NCBI GenBank assembly: GCA_000165345.1
Contig: CM000434.1
Location: 480,001-544,000, forward strand
Direction: 5' to 3'
Length of the DNA: 64,000 nucleotides
The stretch's first letter is position 1. Every line of letters starts with the position of its first letter. This document shows positions 41,364 to 52,700 of this stretch, one piece after another. A program made the translations under genes and the position numbers. Under the pieces are notes generated by a model. That model searched no databases, was not told the origin of the DNA, and worked only from the letters and a program-made list of their open reading frames with translations.

Positions 41364-42590
41364 ATGGATGTTGATCTTCCAATTTTTGAATTCACTCTTA
41401 AAAATCTTGAGAAAAAAGAGTTAAACAATTTGGCAGACAACAAGATTGGTGTTACGGAAAATAATCCAGATGAATGTGATATATCGGTTAGATTAGAGAA
41501 CATTTGCTGGAAATCTCAATGTTATGTCGACATTTTGCCATTAGACTTTTGTGATGTAAATCATTCACTTTTAAATGAGACTAATTCAAGAAAAACGGTC
41601 GGAATGGGATGGGAATTACAGCGTAAACTAACTAAACTGGGATACAACAATTTCAATAAATACTTAATTAGTAACTATATTAATTTATTTCCAATTGGTA
41701 TTTCTAAGTCGAAGGCTAAACTTTGCAATTGGGCAAACTATAAGGATTTTACTCAAAAGAAATTATTGAAATTATGCATTAACGGAATTCCATCCGATAT
41801 TCGAGGAGAAGTTTGGTGCTATTTATTAGGAAGCGATCGAATGCTGAGGAATAACTCGAATGTATATTTTAATGAGCTTAATGGGAGCATCGATAAAAAT
41901 ATTGAAAACCAAATAATCCTAGATTTACACAGAACTTTCCCAAACTCTAAATATTACTCTAATTCTAGCAATTTTAATAAAGTTGGTACATTAAGTAGAG
42001 TTTTATACGCATTTGCATCGTATGACAAAGCAATAGGCTACTGCCAAAGCATGAATTTTATTGCTGCAATTCTACTAATTAATATGAAGGAAGAAGCAGC
42101 GTTTTGGTCTTTAGTACAACTAGTTAGCAGCAATAGAAACAAAGAGTTTATGGTTTGTAGCTGGGGAGATTTAGAGACATATTATGGAGAAAGGATGGAT
42201 GGAGTAATACGTGACATTGCCATTTTAGAGACTCTGTGCAGACAATTTATTCCTAAAGTTTCACAAAAATTAGAAAATATAGGAGTAAACTTCCAATGGT
42301 TTGCATTAGAGTGGTTCCTCTGCTTTTTTGTTACATCTTTGCCTTTAAAATCAATTATGGAGATATTAGATCTCATTTTTTGTTTTGGCAGTGATGTTTT
42401 ATTTAATATTTCGATTGCATTATTAGATATAAATAAAAAAAAATTACTTTCATCCGTTAATATGGAAGAATGTATGGAAATTTTGAAGAATATTACAAGA
42501 AATATTACTGATTCAACTAAAATAATCAGAAAAGCAATGAAATATAATATTTCTAGTAACCATATACGAAAATTAAGAGAAGAAAATTAA
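41364..42590 (+). CDS. TBC-domain Rab GTPase-activating protein
   Basis: TBC signature blocks GIPSDIRGEVWCYLLG (RxxxW), IILDLHRTFP (IxxDxxR, Arg finger), YCQSMNFIAAILL (YxQ, Gln finger). First ATG 41364 (track TTG 41349). Confidence 0.8.
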   Translation: MDVDLPIFEFTLKNLEKKELNNLADNKIGVTENNPDECDISVRLENICWKSQCYVDILPLDFCDVNHSLLNETNSRKTVGMGWELQRKLTKLGYNNFNKYLISNYINLFPIGISKSKAKLCNWANYKDFTQKKLLKLCINGIPSDIRGEVWCYLLGSDRMLRNNSNVYFNELNGSIDKNIENQIILDLHRTFPNSKYYSNSSNFNKVGTLSRVLYAFASYDKAIGYCQSMNFIAAILLINMKEEAAFWSLVQLVSSNRNKEFMVCSWGDLETYYGERMDGVIRDIAILETLCRQFIPKVSQKLENIGVNFQWFALEWFLCFFVTSLPLKSIMEILDLIFCFGSDVLFNISIALLDINKKKLLSSVNMEECMEILKNITRNITDSTKIIRKAMKYNISSNHIRKLREEN

Positions 42591-42604
42591 TTTAGTAGAA
42601 TTAA

Positions 42605-44470
42605 TTAATTTACCCAAATTGGTTTATTTCTTTCTAAGTATTTATCTCTTATTTTCTCGAATTTATAAGTAAATTCTGATATTGGAAGCTCTACATCATA
42701 ACATATTTCGATATTTATTTTTTTGTTGTTTGGCTCTACTTCCATATTGTTTAATATCCATTCATTCAGTCTTCTTGGGTCAAACGAGAGCCTAAATACT
42801 CCCATCTTTCTTAAGTTTGAAGTAAAGGTCATATTTCGATAATTAATTAGGCTACACTCTAAATTACAACATCCTGCTAAATCGATAATTTCCAAAAATT
42901 TGCAATTACTTAAAATTTGTATCAGGGCATTAGCTTTGAAATTTAGACAATAAGATAATTTGAGACCAGATATCATTTTTAATTTACTTGGTATCTTATC
43001 AAATATTTTTTCAGAAATGTTGGCACAATAAGAAACATCCAATATTTCTATCCCAGGACAGTTTTCAAAAATTATATCAAGTAATTGATCACTAATGTTT
43101 GTATTTGATAATACCAAAACTTTTAGATTTTTAGAGTAACCAAAAAAATGTTCAAGTTCAATATTTAAAATATTTTTGCAGCCCCTCAAGTCCAAATATT
43201 CAATATTGTAACAATATTCTTTAACAGTTTTGGGAATCTTAGTAATTCCGACGCAGTTTTGAAGTTCTAAGTGTTTAATGCTAGGTTTTGTACAGACACT
43301 CACATCAGTTTTGATTAATTTTTTTTGGTAGTTTGAATTGAATAAATCTTTCAATGAGTTGTCATTAATTGAAAAGTTTTGTTTAATCCTTGATCCTATC
43401 TTTAAAAATTTAATTGAAGACTTCATCCCAATTACTCGAAAAGAAGAGCTTCCGGTAATGCTATTACAATCAATGATTTCTAAGAATTCCAGATTCCTTA
43501 ATCTTAAAAGGAAAAGCGATAGCGCAGAGTCAGTAATGTTATTATTTCCATTGATAGTTAATTTGTTTATAGATGCCGGGAGATATTTTTCGGAAGCAAT
43601 TTCTTTAATATCAGAGTCTTTAATATTTTTACTTGAAATGATCAAACTTCCTAAATTCTTAAAATTGATTATATTGTTAGATTTTTTGCGTAATCTATGA
43701 TTAATTAAAATCTCCCATACGTTACCTTGGAAAAATTTCAATAGCCTACTGTTTACAAATGCTAAATTGGTTGATTTAATTAAGTCATCTTTATAGAATG
43801 AATTATAATTAATGTAGGATTTTTCATTTTCTTCGTAAACAACCGGAGTAACAAGCATTGAGAGAACATAAAATAATAAATCTTCCGGTAGGCTGCTGAT
43901 GCAATTGGTTGAAATGATTGGGTAATTGCCCGAGTTAGTTTTACAGAAGGTATTCTGCCTTTCACCTTCAAACGTACTTTCTGAAGCACAGTTTTTCATC
44001 TTCTGATGATTCATTTGTTCAAATTTTGTAATTTTTTGTTTTTTGGTGATTAGCATTTTATCATTATTATCGGGAAATTTGTTTTTGAAAGTTAGAGATG
44101 ATTTATAAATAATATCATTCCTAGAGCTGAATCTGGGAGATAAAAATTGGGGAGCAATACCTGATACTTTTTCAATAAAGCAAAAAATCGAGTTTGGCGT
44201 TGCATTCGAGAAAAAAAAATATATGTATTTTTTGCTAACCATTGTGAATTTTCCATCTAAATAGAACTTCCAAAAAATTGATAAAATATCCTTTTTAAAT
44301 GAATAATTAAACTCACGATTAAACCCATGGATACAAACTTTGATGTCATCAGCAAATAATTTATAATATATTCCTGTTCCATTGGCACCCAAATTTTGCA
44401 TGATTCTTTTTCCAGAAACATGAACCTCAACATTTGAGGCAAAAAACAACCATTCTGATTCACTCAACAT
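42605..44470 (-). CDS. F-box-like / leucine-rich-repeat protein (FBXL-like)
   Basis: F-box-like SSLPEDLLFYVLSMLV followed by multiple cysteine-containing LRRs (LEFLEIIDCNSIT, LELQNCVGIT, LDLRGCKNI, LDVSYCANIS, LKLSYCLNF, IDLAGCCNLE). Stop 15 nt from the convergent TBC gene stop. Confidence 0.6.
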   Translation of the reverse strand: MLSESEWLFFASNVEVHVSGKRIMQNLGANGTGIYYKLFADDIKVCIHGFNREFNYSFKKDILSIFWKFYLDGKFTMVSKKYIYFFFSNATPNSIFCFIEKVSGIAPQFLSPRFSSRNDIIYKSSLTFKNKFPDNNDKMLITKKQKITKFEQMNHQKMKNCASESTFEGERQNTFCKTNSGNYPIISTNCISSLPEDLLFYVLSMLVTPVVYEENEKSYINYNSFYKDDLIKSTNLAFVNSRLLKFFQGNVWEILINHRLRKKSNNIINFKNLGSLIISSKNIKDSDIKEIASEKYLPASINKLTINGNNNITDSALSLFLLRLRNLEFLEIIDCNSITGSSSFRVIGMKSSIKFLKIGSRIKQNFSINDNSLKDLFNSNYQKKLIKTDVSVCTKPSIKHLELQNCVGITKIPKTVKEYCYNIEYLDLRGCKNILNIELEHFFGYSKNLKVLVLSNTNISDQLLDIIFENCPGIEILDVSYCANISEKIFDKIPSKLKMISGLKLSYCLNFKANALIQILSNCKFLEIIDLAGCCNLECSLINYRNMTFTSNLRKMGVFRLSFDPRRLNEWILNNMEVEPNNKKINIEICYDVELPISEFTYKFEKIRDKYLERNKPIWVN

Positions 44471-44704
44471 TCCAGCCCCGACTTACATCTTTATTTTCAG
44501 TATTTAAGTTTTTTTCGCACAAAATCAAACAAAAATTAATCAGCTTATTCTGTGAGAAATCTTATTAAGAGATACCCGGCAAAATACTAAATTTTTGTCC
44601 GGCAGATATTTATATATTAGTGCTTTGGCAAATATGATTAAAATTTTTTAAACGAAAATTAACTAATTTCTATTCAAAGTTACTAGTTGGATAGTGCCTT
44701 TAGC

Positions 44705-45568
44705 TCACATTGTTGGCTGTTGGGTATAATTTCCCTCGGCCATAACTGGGGGACCAAAGTATGCAAGCGCATTTCTACTTTTATAGTATTCATTTCTAAC
44801 AGCTGATTGGGTCATTTTGATTCTAGACTTGAGAGCGATACTTTCAAAAATTCCAGCCCAAAGTGTTACATGAGTAAGCGCAATGATTGTTACCAATGTT
44901 GCAAGAGAACCAATAGTTTTGCAATCTGGGAAGATGATTGTTAAAAACATAAAAATACCGGAAACTTTGCACAATAATATGCTCGCAAATCCTAGTATCT
45001 CTCTGGTTCCATCGCTTGAATAAACTTCAACGAGAAATGCAGCGAATCCAAGTATTGTTAGTCCAACACTCGTAATAGCTAAGCCTGCATTATACATACA
45101 TTTAATTACGTGGTTGAGATCTAGACCAGATAGAGCATTACCTTCATAGTAACCCACATTTGAGTACAATGTAACTACAATAAGTATCAATCCCAACAAA
45201 ATAACGAGAGAGCCTTGGCCAAATGCTTTACATCCTGACCTAAACCCACGTGTTTGGCTAATACTGCCATCATCGTCCATTAGAATTGTCGACATATTTA
45301 AGCATATTACACCAAAAATCATAAATATCATAAAGAACAACGCTGTTCCAGTTGAGTTTGTTGCTTCGTTAAATGGGCTTAAGAACTTTGTTATGTGCAA
45401 TCCAAATCCACTAAATATTGAGCAGATCGTCAGGCCAATAAAACCCAAAAGCATTGAACCAAATCCCAGTTTGAGGTTGTTTACTAAAAAGTTTTCAAAA
45501 AATAATGGTTGCGAAGGCCCTCTTCCTTCAGGAGCATCTCCTGGTCGAACTACATACGTAAAATACAT
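44705..45568 (-). CDS. Multi-pass membrane protein (287 aa), member of a local paralogous pair
   Basis: Four or more hydrophobic segments; block TRGFRSGCKAFGQGSLVILLGLILIVVTL parallels PLGFRAGSRLLNTANIIQIIVVALRV in the divergently oriented gene 46562-47593. Confidence 0.5.
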   Translation of the reverse strand: MYFTYVVRPGDAPEGRGPSQPLFFENFLVNNLKLGFGSMLLGFIGLTICSIFSGFGLHITKFLSPFNEATNSTGTALFFMIFMIFGVICLNMSTILMDDDGSISQTRGFRSGCKAFGQGSLVILLGLILIVVTLYSNVGYYEGNALSGLDLNHVIKCMYNAGLAITSVGLTILGFAAFLVEVYSSDGTREILGFASILLCKVSGIFMFLTIIFPDCKTIGSLATLVTIIALTHVTLWAGIFESIALKSRIKMTQSAVRNEYYKSRNALAYFGPPVMAEGNYTQQPTM

Positions 45569-46561
45569 GGTCTCGATTTAGATTCAATTAATAAAATCAG
45601 AGCTATTAAAATTTAAGATTAAACGGTATTGTCCTTTAAAAGCCGTTTAAATTGATAAAGGCACTAACAGTACATGTATTGTTTATAATTTTTATTGCAA
45701 AACCCAAGCATGTCTCCGTAATTAAATTTTTATTGCACGTACAGTTCTCCATGCGTGAGTACACCTTTCCACAAGAAAGTTCCCCATTTTTGAAGATGCG
45801 GATCGCTTTTTTTTTTTTTAAATTTTTAAAGGGTAGACAAAACGTTTATCATAAAAACAATTTCCTCCAAAAATGTTATAAACGATACTTACAGTTATTA
45901 AGGCAATCTAATATCTAAGTTGTTTTCATTAGATAGTGAGCTGTTGTTTCTAAATTAGGGAGTAGAAAAGACTTGGCCGAATAATTTGTTTATTAAGTGC
46001 TAATCTATGCGCATCACTTAAATGAGATCAAAATACTCTAGTAATTGTTTCTATTTACGATTGATTTAGCGATAAAGCAATTTCAATTTGAAAATACATG
46101 CTTAATTTGTTAATGTTACATTAATCTTCAAATCTAGTTTAGAGACAAGACATCACATTCCGGTTGTCGCTAATAGGTTTATAAATACAATAAGGACAAT
46201 ACGACGTGGCGGATTTGTGTGGCATGCATACGTATTAATTAATTGGGACATTTAATAATAGTTACAAAACAGCGCATCAGAGCTAGGAAATACACCAACT
46301 ATTAATTTGTTTATTAGAGGTACTAATAGACATATTATATGTATTAATTTGTCTACATAATGTAGCCTGGATACAAAAACGTTAAGCACATACACACAAA
46401 ATTATTGCAAGAGATTATTCTTAAGAACTAAATATTAAACGCACAGGAGGCAAGTTAGATTCTATTGGCTTAGCGCGATTTTTTTTTTTTTTTCCAGAAC
46501 TAATCTTGATTTCGGAAGTCATAAACAAGCACTCATAAAGCTAAGTGATAAGAATAATAAA
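45569..46561. promoter_or_regulatory. About 1-kb divergent intergenic region between the two paralogous membrane-protein genes (putative bidirectional promoter)
   Basis: Both ATGs face outward from this region (45568 on - and 46562 on +); contains T12-T16 tracts (45803-45815, 46476-46491). No motif assignment possible by eye. Confidence 0.3.
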
Positions 46562-47593
46562 ATGTATTCTCAACCATATTCTGGAGAGGAGCCTATGCTC
46601 TATCAAAGTAGAGGTCCAAACAAGTCCTCTACTAATCAATTTAATATGTCTGCAACTAATGGCATGCAGGTAATAAACGATGGAATAATGGACGATGAAG
46701 CCTTAAATGAAAGAGGTGAAGAGATTACCCCACTTATATCGAATTTCTCTTGTATTACTCTCAGGACTGGGACGTTATTGCAATGCGCAAGCTTACTTGT
46801 ATTGATTATCCTATATAATGTATTTGGCAATAAAGGATTATTTACGTTTGACCTATATGGCAATGGCGGTACTTTAGCTGAGGATTTGAGTTATTATGCA
46901 GGAGTTGTTTCGATGCTATGCGTATATTTTATTGGTGTTTTGTTCTTAGCAGGATTCCAAGAATTTATCGCAGATAACTCAAAAGCTCCTTTGGGATTTA
47001 GAGCAGGCTCGAGACTACTAAACACAGCAAATATTATTCAGATTATCGTGGTTGCACTTAGAGTTACACAATTTTCGTTTACATACAGCTATTTCAATCA
47101 GAAATGGTATGGAAAATTTAGCCAAACAAAGGGCGACTGGTGTTTGTACAATTTTGGAATTGTTTGTGAGGCAGTTAGCTTAATAATGTACGGTATTAGC
47201 TTCTTTTATGTAGAGTCATATGCGGACGTTGGAGTTGGTGAGCAGTATGCTTATTGGATGTTAACTTTATTTACATTGGCTGGAATCTCTGAACTAATGA
47301 TGCTTTTCACAGGTTTTGGTAGCTTCTTTATCCTTTTCTTTGCAGCCGCTCTTATTGTCACATGTACTTGGGCATTTCAATTTGAACCCCTTCTAGAATC
47401 AAACTCACCTTTGCTATTTTCAAGAGATATCAATGCAGACGTTTTACCAAAGGAAACTCCACTAGATGATATGAGCATTGAAAAGAATCAAACTGTCAAC
47501 AATTATCAGCCAAATTTTACTTATCAACTTTATGCAGGCGCATCTGGAGTTTCTAGTGTTCCAAATCCGTATGGGGTTGAAATGCAACAATAA
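46562..47593 (+). CDS. Multi-pass membrane protein (343 aa), paralog of 44705-45568
   Basis: Same TM topology and shared GFR(S/A)G block as the upstream divergent gene; Gly/Phe-rich TM helices; C-terminal Gln/Tyr-rich tail. Confidence 0.5.
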   Translation: MYSQPYSGEEPMLYQSRGPNKSSTNQFNMSATNGMQVINDGIMDDEALNERGEEITPLISNFSCITLRTGTLLQCASLLVLIILYNVFGNKGLFTFDLYGNGGTLAEDLSYYAGVVSMLCVYFIGVLFLAGFQEFIADNSKAPLGFRAGSRLLNTANIIQIIVVALRVTQFSFTYSYFNQKWYGKFSQTKGDWCLYNFGIVCEAVSLIMYGISFFYVESYADVGVGEQYAYWMLTLFTLAGISELMMLFTGFGSFFILFFAAALIVTCTWAFQFEPLLESNSPLLFSRDINADVLPKETPLDDMSIEKNQTVNNYQPNFTYQLYAGASGVSSVPNPYGVEMQQ

Positions 47594-47931
47594 ATGAAGA
47601 TTTGGGCGCATAATTAAATAATTATTAATATGTTACATATCTCGATTTATTTTAATAAGACAAGAATATTGGAATTTATTAGAGTAACATAGACTGTAAG
47701 GAAATTAGACACAAATTTAAAAGGAAGCTTGCCGAACAACTTTAATATGAAACTATAGTTTGGCTCCATTTTGAATCTTCTAGTTTTAATCATTCTTAAT
47801 AATAGGATACGAAATAATTTTTCCCATTTTGCTTTCACTCTAGGGTCTAAAATTGTATATACATGTTAGGGCTAACACCTTTTCCCGCCATTTATTAATA
47901 GTAAATTTATACAATAGCTATTTTTAATAAG

Positions 47932-49425
47932 ATGGACTCTACAATAGCAAATCCGAATATTTCACTTAGTAATGATATTAATTATAAAAGATTTGACCCT
48001 GGATATTCTGACATAGAAAATATTGAATTATTAAAAGAGGCAATTAGGGTTGGACTACCTTCTCATTATGATTTTGAAATAATTAAAACAATTAAAAAAA
48101 TTAATGAAATAAAATCTATCTCAGATGAGCGTGAAAACTTTACCGTGTATTTACAAATGCCGGAAGGGTTGTTAGTTTTTTCTCAATCTATTTCTCTTAT
48201 TTTACAACACTTTGCCCGAACGAGTGTAGTAATTTTGGGGGATATAACATATGGAGGATGCTGCATAGAAGATCAATTAATGAGCATATTAGAATCTTCA
48301 CATTCAAAATCATCAAACCAGTCTTTACTGGTGCATTATGCTCATTCATGTTTAATTCCATTTGAAGAATTAGCTATGTCTAAAGACATTAATATTGCAA
48401 ACATTCTTTATATCTTCGTTGAAATTAATTTGTTATCGGATCATTTTATTCAAACTATCAAGCATAATTTTAAAAAAGAAGATAAGATTGCACTATTATC
48501 AACTATTCAATATCATAGCACAATTGTTGGTTCTCAGAAGTGCTTGAATGATTATTTTTTAAACCCAGTAAAAATTCCGGTTTGTGACCCATTGGCATGG
48601 GGCGAAACCCTCGGATGTACCAGCGCAATTATTGATGGCGATGTAGAAAAGTGCATTTTTCTTTCGGATGGTAGATTTCATCTTGAAAGCGCTATGATAC
48701 AAAATCCAAGTAAAGTATTTTATTTATATGAGCCTTTTTCAAAAAAAATTACAAGAGAAACTTATAGTCATCAGCTTTTACATGAAATAAGAAAAAGTTC
48801 AATAGTAAATTCGTTCAAAATAGTTCAAGCGGGCGGAAGTAATTTAATTAATGACTCTGTAGTGATTGGAATATTCTTCAGTACATTAGGCCGTCAAGGG
48901 AGTTTTGCAATAGTTGAAAGACTGGAAAAACTTATAAATAAATATAATACGAACACAAATAATAAAACAAAAATTGTCGCTTGCACTATTTTTGCTTCAG
49001 ATTTATCTGCAGAATGTATAAATGATAATATTTTAGAAGGGGTCGACTATTCAATACAGCTTGCATGCCCCAGGCTTTCTACTGACTGGGGAGCCTATTA
49101 TAAAAAGCCGATTCTAAATTCATATGAGGCATTTGTATTATTGGGAAATCTTTCTAATAATAACTTCCAGTTTTTTTGTGATATGGAAAATAATTTAGAT
49201 TTATCAAACTCCGAATTTTCATACCTCCAAACTTACCCAATGAATTATTGGGCATCAAATGGTAATATTTGGTGTAACTATTATTCAGATGAATCTAGAA
49301 ACGGAAGTTTTGGAGCATCTAAGGACCAAATTGATGAGATAAAGTACAATATTAGGCAGAACAAACTCAAGAACTTGACTAAAAGAAAAATTAACTTGCA
49401 ATATGAAAGAAATGAGTTAGCTTAG
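47932..49425 (+). CDS. DPH2: Diphthamide biosynthesis protein, Dph1/Dph2 family (probably DPH2)
   Basis: FEIIKTIKKINE...VYLQMPEGLLVFSQSISLIL...VVILGDITYGGCCIED and later ...PVCDPLAWGETLGCTSAI match conserved Dph1/Dph2 blocks (..ALQFPEGLL... V.VLGDVTYGACCVDD). Length 497 aa favours Dph2. Confidence 0.7.
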   Translation: MDSTIANPNISLSNDINYKRFDPGYSDIENIELLKEAIRVGLPSHYDFEIIKTIKKINEIKSISDERENFTVYLQMPEGLLVFSQSISLILQHFARTSVVILGDITYGGCCIEDQLMSILESSHSKSSNQSLLVHYAHSCLIPFEELAMSKDINIANILYIFVEINLLSDHFIQTIKHNFKKEDKIALLSTIQYHSTIVGSQKCLNDYFLNPVKIPVCDPLAWGETLGCTSAIIDGDVEKCIFLSDGRFHLESAMIQNPSKVFYLYEPFSKKITRETYSHQLLHEIRKSSIVNSFKIVQAGGSNLINDSVVIGIFFSTLGRQGSFAIVERLEKLINKYNTNTNNKTKIVACTIFASDLSAECINDNILEGVDYSIQLACPRLSTDWGAYYKKPILNSYEAFVLLGNLSNNNFQFFCDMENNLDLSNSEFSYLQTYPMNYWASNGNIWCNYYSDESRNGSFGASKDQIDEIKYNIRQNKLKNLTKRKINLQYERNELA

Positions 49426-49714
49426 TTTAAATTGAACAAAATTAGGCTTTAATTATATTAGCAAAATCACTTTTAGTATAATAGACTATTAATAATTTTT
49501 AATAATAATACTTTACATCTGACAAATATCGTTATAAATCACAATTTATGTAACACAAAGCCGGTACTTTGTCTTGTCGTTTGATTAAAATAATTTGATT
49601 AAAGCTATAGTAAAAAAATTTTATGGTATAACAATTCCAATCTAATCGAGCAACATTAAAGATATATTTTTGTCTGTGGGAAGTATAAAAAAAGAAGTTG
49701 ATAAATATGGTAAT

Positions 49715-52700
49715 ATGGAAGAAGTTAATATAAATCAAGTTTTACTAGAAAGAGGGATTAGTTACACTTGTACTCAAATACTTGATGCCCATGCAAAAAA
49801 ATTAAAAAATGAAATTAATACTAGATGTAGAGAATTTCAGTCTGTTGATGAGCTGATAAATTTTTCAAATTCAGATCAAAACAGAAATGATTCAAATGGC
49901 TTGCTTTCAAATTTTGATTGGAGAAGTAGTTATTTACCGCATATTTATTCTGCTACATTAGGATTGAAAAATGGCTTTATTGACCCAAAGCTGCAAGGCG
50001 AGCTATATCAATCCATTTTAAAGTGCATTAATCAAGGGTTTGTCTCCGGAAATATTGGTATTGTAAGGATTTCTGACCATTCTCATCCTGTCAGATTAGC
50101 GACTCCAATTGATAAAACATGCTATTCCCTTGTTTGGCGTAAAAAAGATTTATCCGAAACTCACGACATTCCTATAGTATTAGGAGAATATACTGGGGAT
50201 GTGAAATACGTCGGAGATGAGGAAATTAGTGACGAGTCATATTCATTCCAGCTTACTTTTAAAAGTTCGGCATTTAAATTCACAGGCGCTGTTGTATCAG
50301 GTAGTCATCAACAATTTGGTGATTTTTCAGCAAATAACACAGATAAATTGAGTGATCAACCAACTTATTTTCCTGATGAGTTTGAATATACTGAGGCAAA
50401 TGATAATTCATATTCCCCAAATAAGTCTTCTTTCTTCTCAAAGCCGTTTAGTCAAACCCGAAATGAATTACTTTCAACTGATGGTAACATTAAAAAAATA
50501 GGAGCTAGGCTTTTACTTCCAAATGAAAATGAATATATATTATCAGCTGACAAGACTTGTAATGAAATGGCATTTCTTAATCATTATGAATGCGTGTTTA
50601 ATAATAATTTTAACTTTAGAATAAATGTTCAATGGCATTCTGTTTATGTTGATGGATGGCCGCATATCATTTTAACTTCTATTCCTGGGGTTGGAATCAA
50701 ATTAGGCGACGAACTTGCAGCAGACTTTGGTGAAAACTGGTTTTCTAGAATTCGGCGTATTTCTGAAAACAATATTAAAAACGAGCTAATTTTATTTAGG
50801 TTAAGATTTAATAGTGGTAATAATCAGGGGAGTGTAAATTTTTCAGATTTAGATGAGAATTTATCACTTAAACAAACTGATTCGAAAGACTCTCTATCTA
50901 ATTGTGGAATTAGCGGACTAATAAATTTTTATGAAATCTGCGAAGTTTGTCAGAACTCGATCACCTCACAGGCAAGAAAAAGTTATTACAAGCCAAAGAA
51001 TGAAGACAGTGTTTTATTTTTAAAATCAAAATTTGATTACTTGCTTTGCAATGGATGCAATAGAGCCTTTCACTGGTACTGCGTAAATCGCCCTGAGTTT
51101 AGAGATCTTAAAACTAGTTCAAAAAATTGGTTCTGCTTTCAATGTCTTTCATTGACTTTGAGAATTCTTCCATCACTGATATATAGAATTCCTAATTTAA
51201 CTCCTGGATTAATAAACTCCATTCAAAATTTGTATAACTCTACCGATGATTTAATTCCAGGCGTAATTGATGCAATAGGAAATGTTGTTCTTAGGTCAAC
51301 AGATGAAGTTAATACAGAAGACCCCAAAAGCATCGTATTTAGGCCTCCAGAATATTTCGATTATAATTTAAGGCATTTTAACGAGTATGGTGGCCTTGAA
51401 GGTCTTACTAAACTCAAACCTTGCTATTTGTGTTACTCGTCGTCAACCATTTCAAATCAAATGATTGGCATTGCAACGATATGCAGAATACATAGGCTTC
51501 ACATTGCTCCAGATTATGACGAATTTTTTAATTCAGTTCAGTACACCTATAATTCTGATAACAATCAACTGGTAAGTAACAGTTCCCTTCATTTATCTTT
51601 GGTAGCTGATGATTATGGTAAACGAAAGTATACAGCCTCCACACAAAGTAGCACAGAAGATATTATAAGACCACACATAAAGAAACTTTCTGGTTCAAGA
51701 TATATTATTGAAAGGAGTAGGAGAGTTATTTGTTCTCTTAGACAATCTCTCTATCAGTCAGAAAAACACAGAGTAGAACTATTATATAAACTTGAAAAAT
51801 TAAGAAAAATTCAGGATGAATATTTTAGAAATATAAGCGAAGGAAATGGCATGATTCCAGTACTATGTATTAAACTCGGAAGTACAATACTAAATAAAGA
51901 GTTTTCCGGTAGGCTTTATCAAGGAGTTATATCACGCTACTATCCAAAAGAGAGGATATTTCATATAGAATATCTTGACGGGGATCGCGAGGATTTAGAG
52001 TATAATGATTTTATTTCATTATTAGCTAATGACATTGAGAATCATCGAATAAATATCGATGATTTATTAATTACCGATAACCACGTAAAAAGTACCAAGA
52101 AAACGTCTGAAAATCTTATACCTTATAGAAATTCAAAAAAGCATACAATATTTGGGATATCTGAAGAATTTTATAAATCCGAAAACTTTGAATTTAATAT
52201 TATCAAAATGAAAAATGAAAAATTATTGACTGAGACTTACAAGAATTTTAATATCGATTCAATTTATGATAAGGTTAAATTGATTCACAAATTTATTATT
52301 CAAGAGTGCAAAATGAATCAAGATAATGAAGATGCAATATTAATTAGAGAAACCCCCAAGTATGAATATATTGATCAACCTGAATGGAATATTATTTGTG
52401 GATCATTAAACATAGAATCAAATTTAATCAAGTATTTTGTTGGCGTAAATATTTCTCGGATCAGTCACAAAACAACCACATTTAATATTACTTCAAAAAT
52501 TTGCATTGGGAATGTATTCCTAATTAAAACCATCCCCATAACAATCTATAACGAGTTTAGTATTAATAATGACGAATTAGCCGAGCTAAATGAAAAAAGC
52601 CACTCCGAAATATTAAATACGATTAGATTTTCAGCAATAGAAATACTTGCTTGGACTCAGAGCCGTTTGAGTGAAATTTTTATTAAAGAAACAAGTTTAA

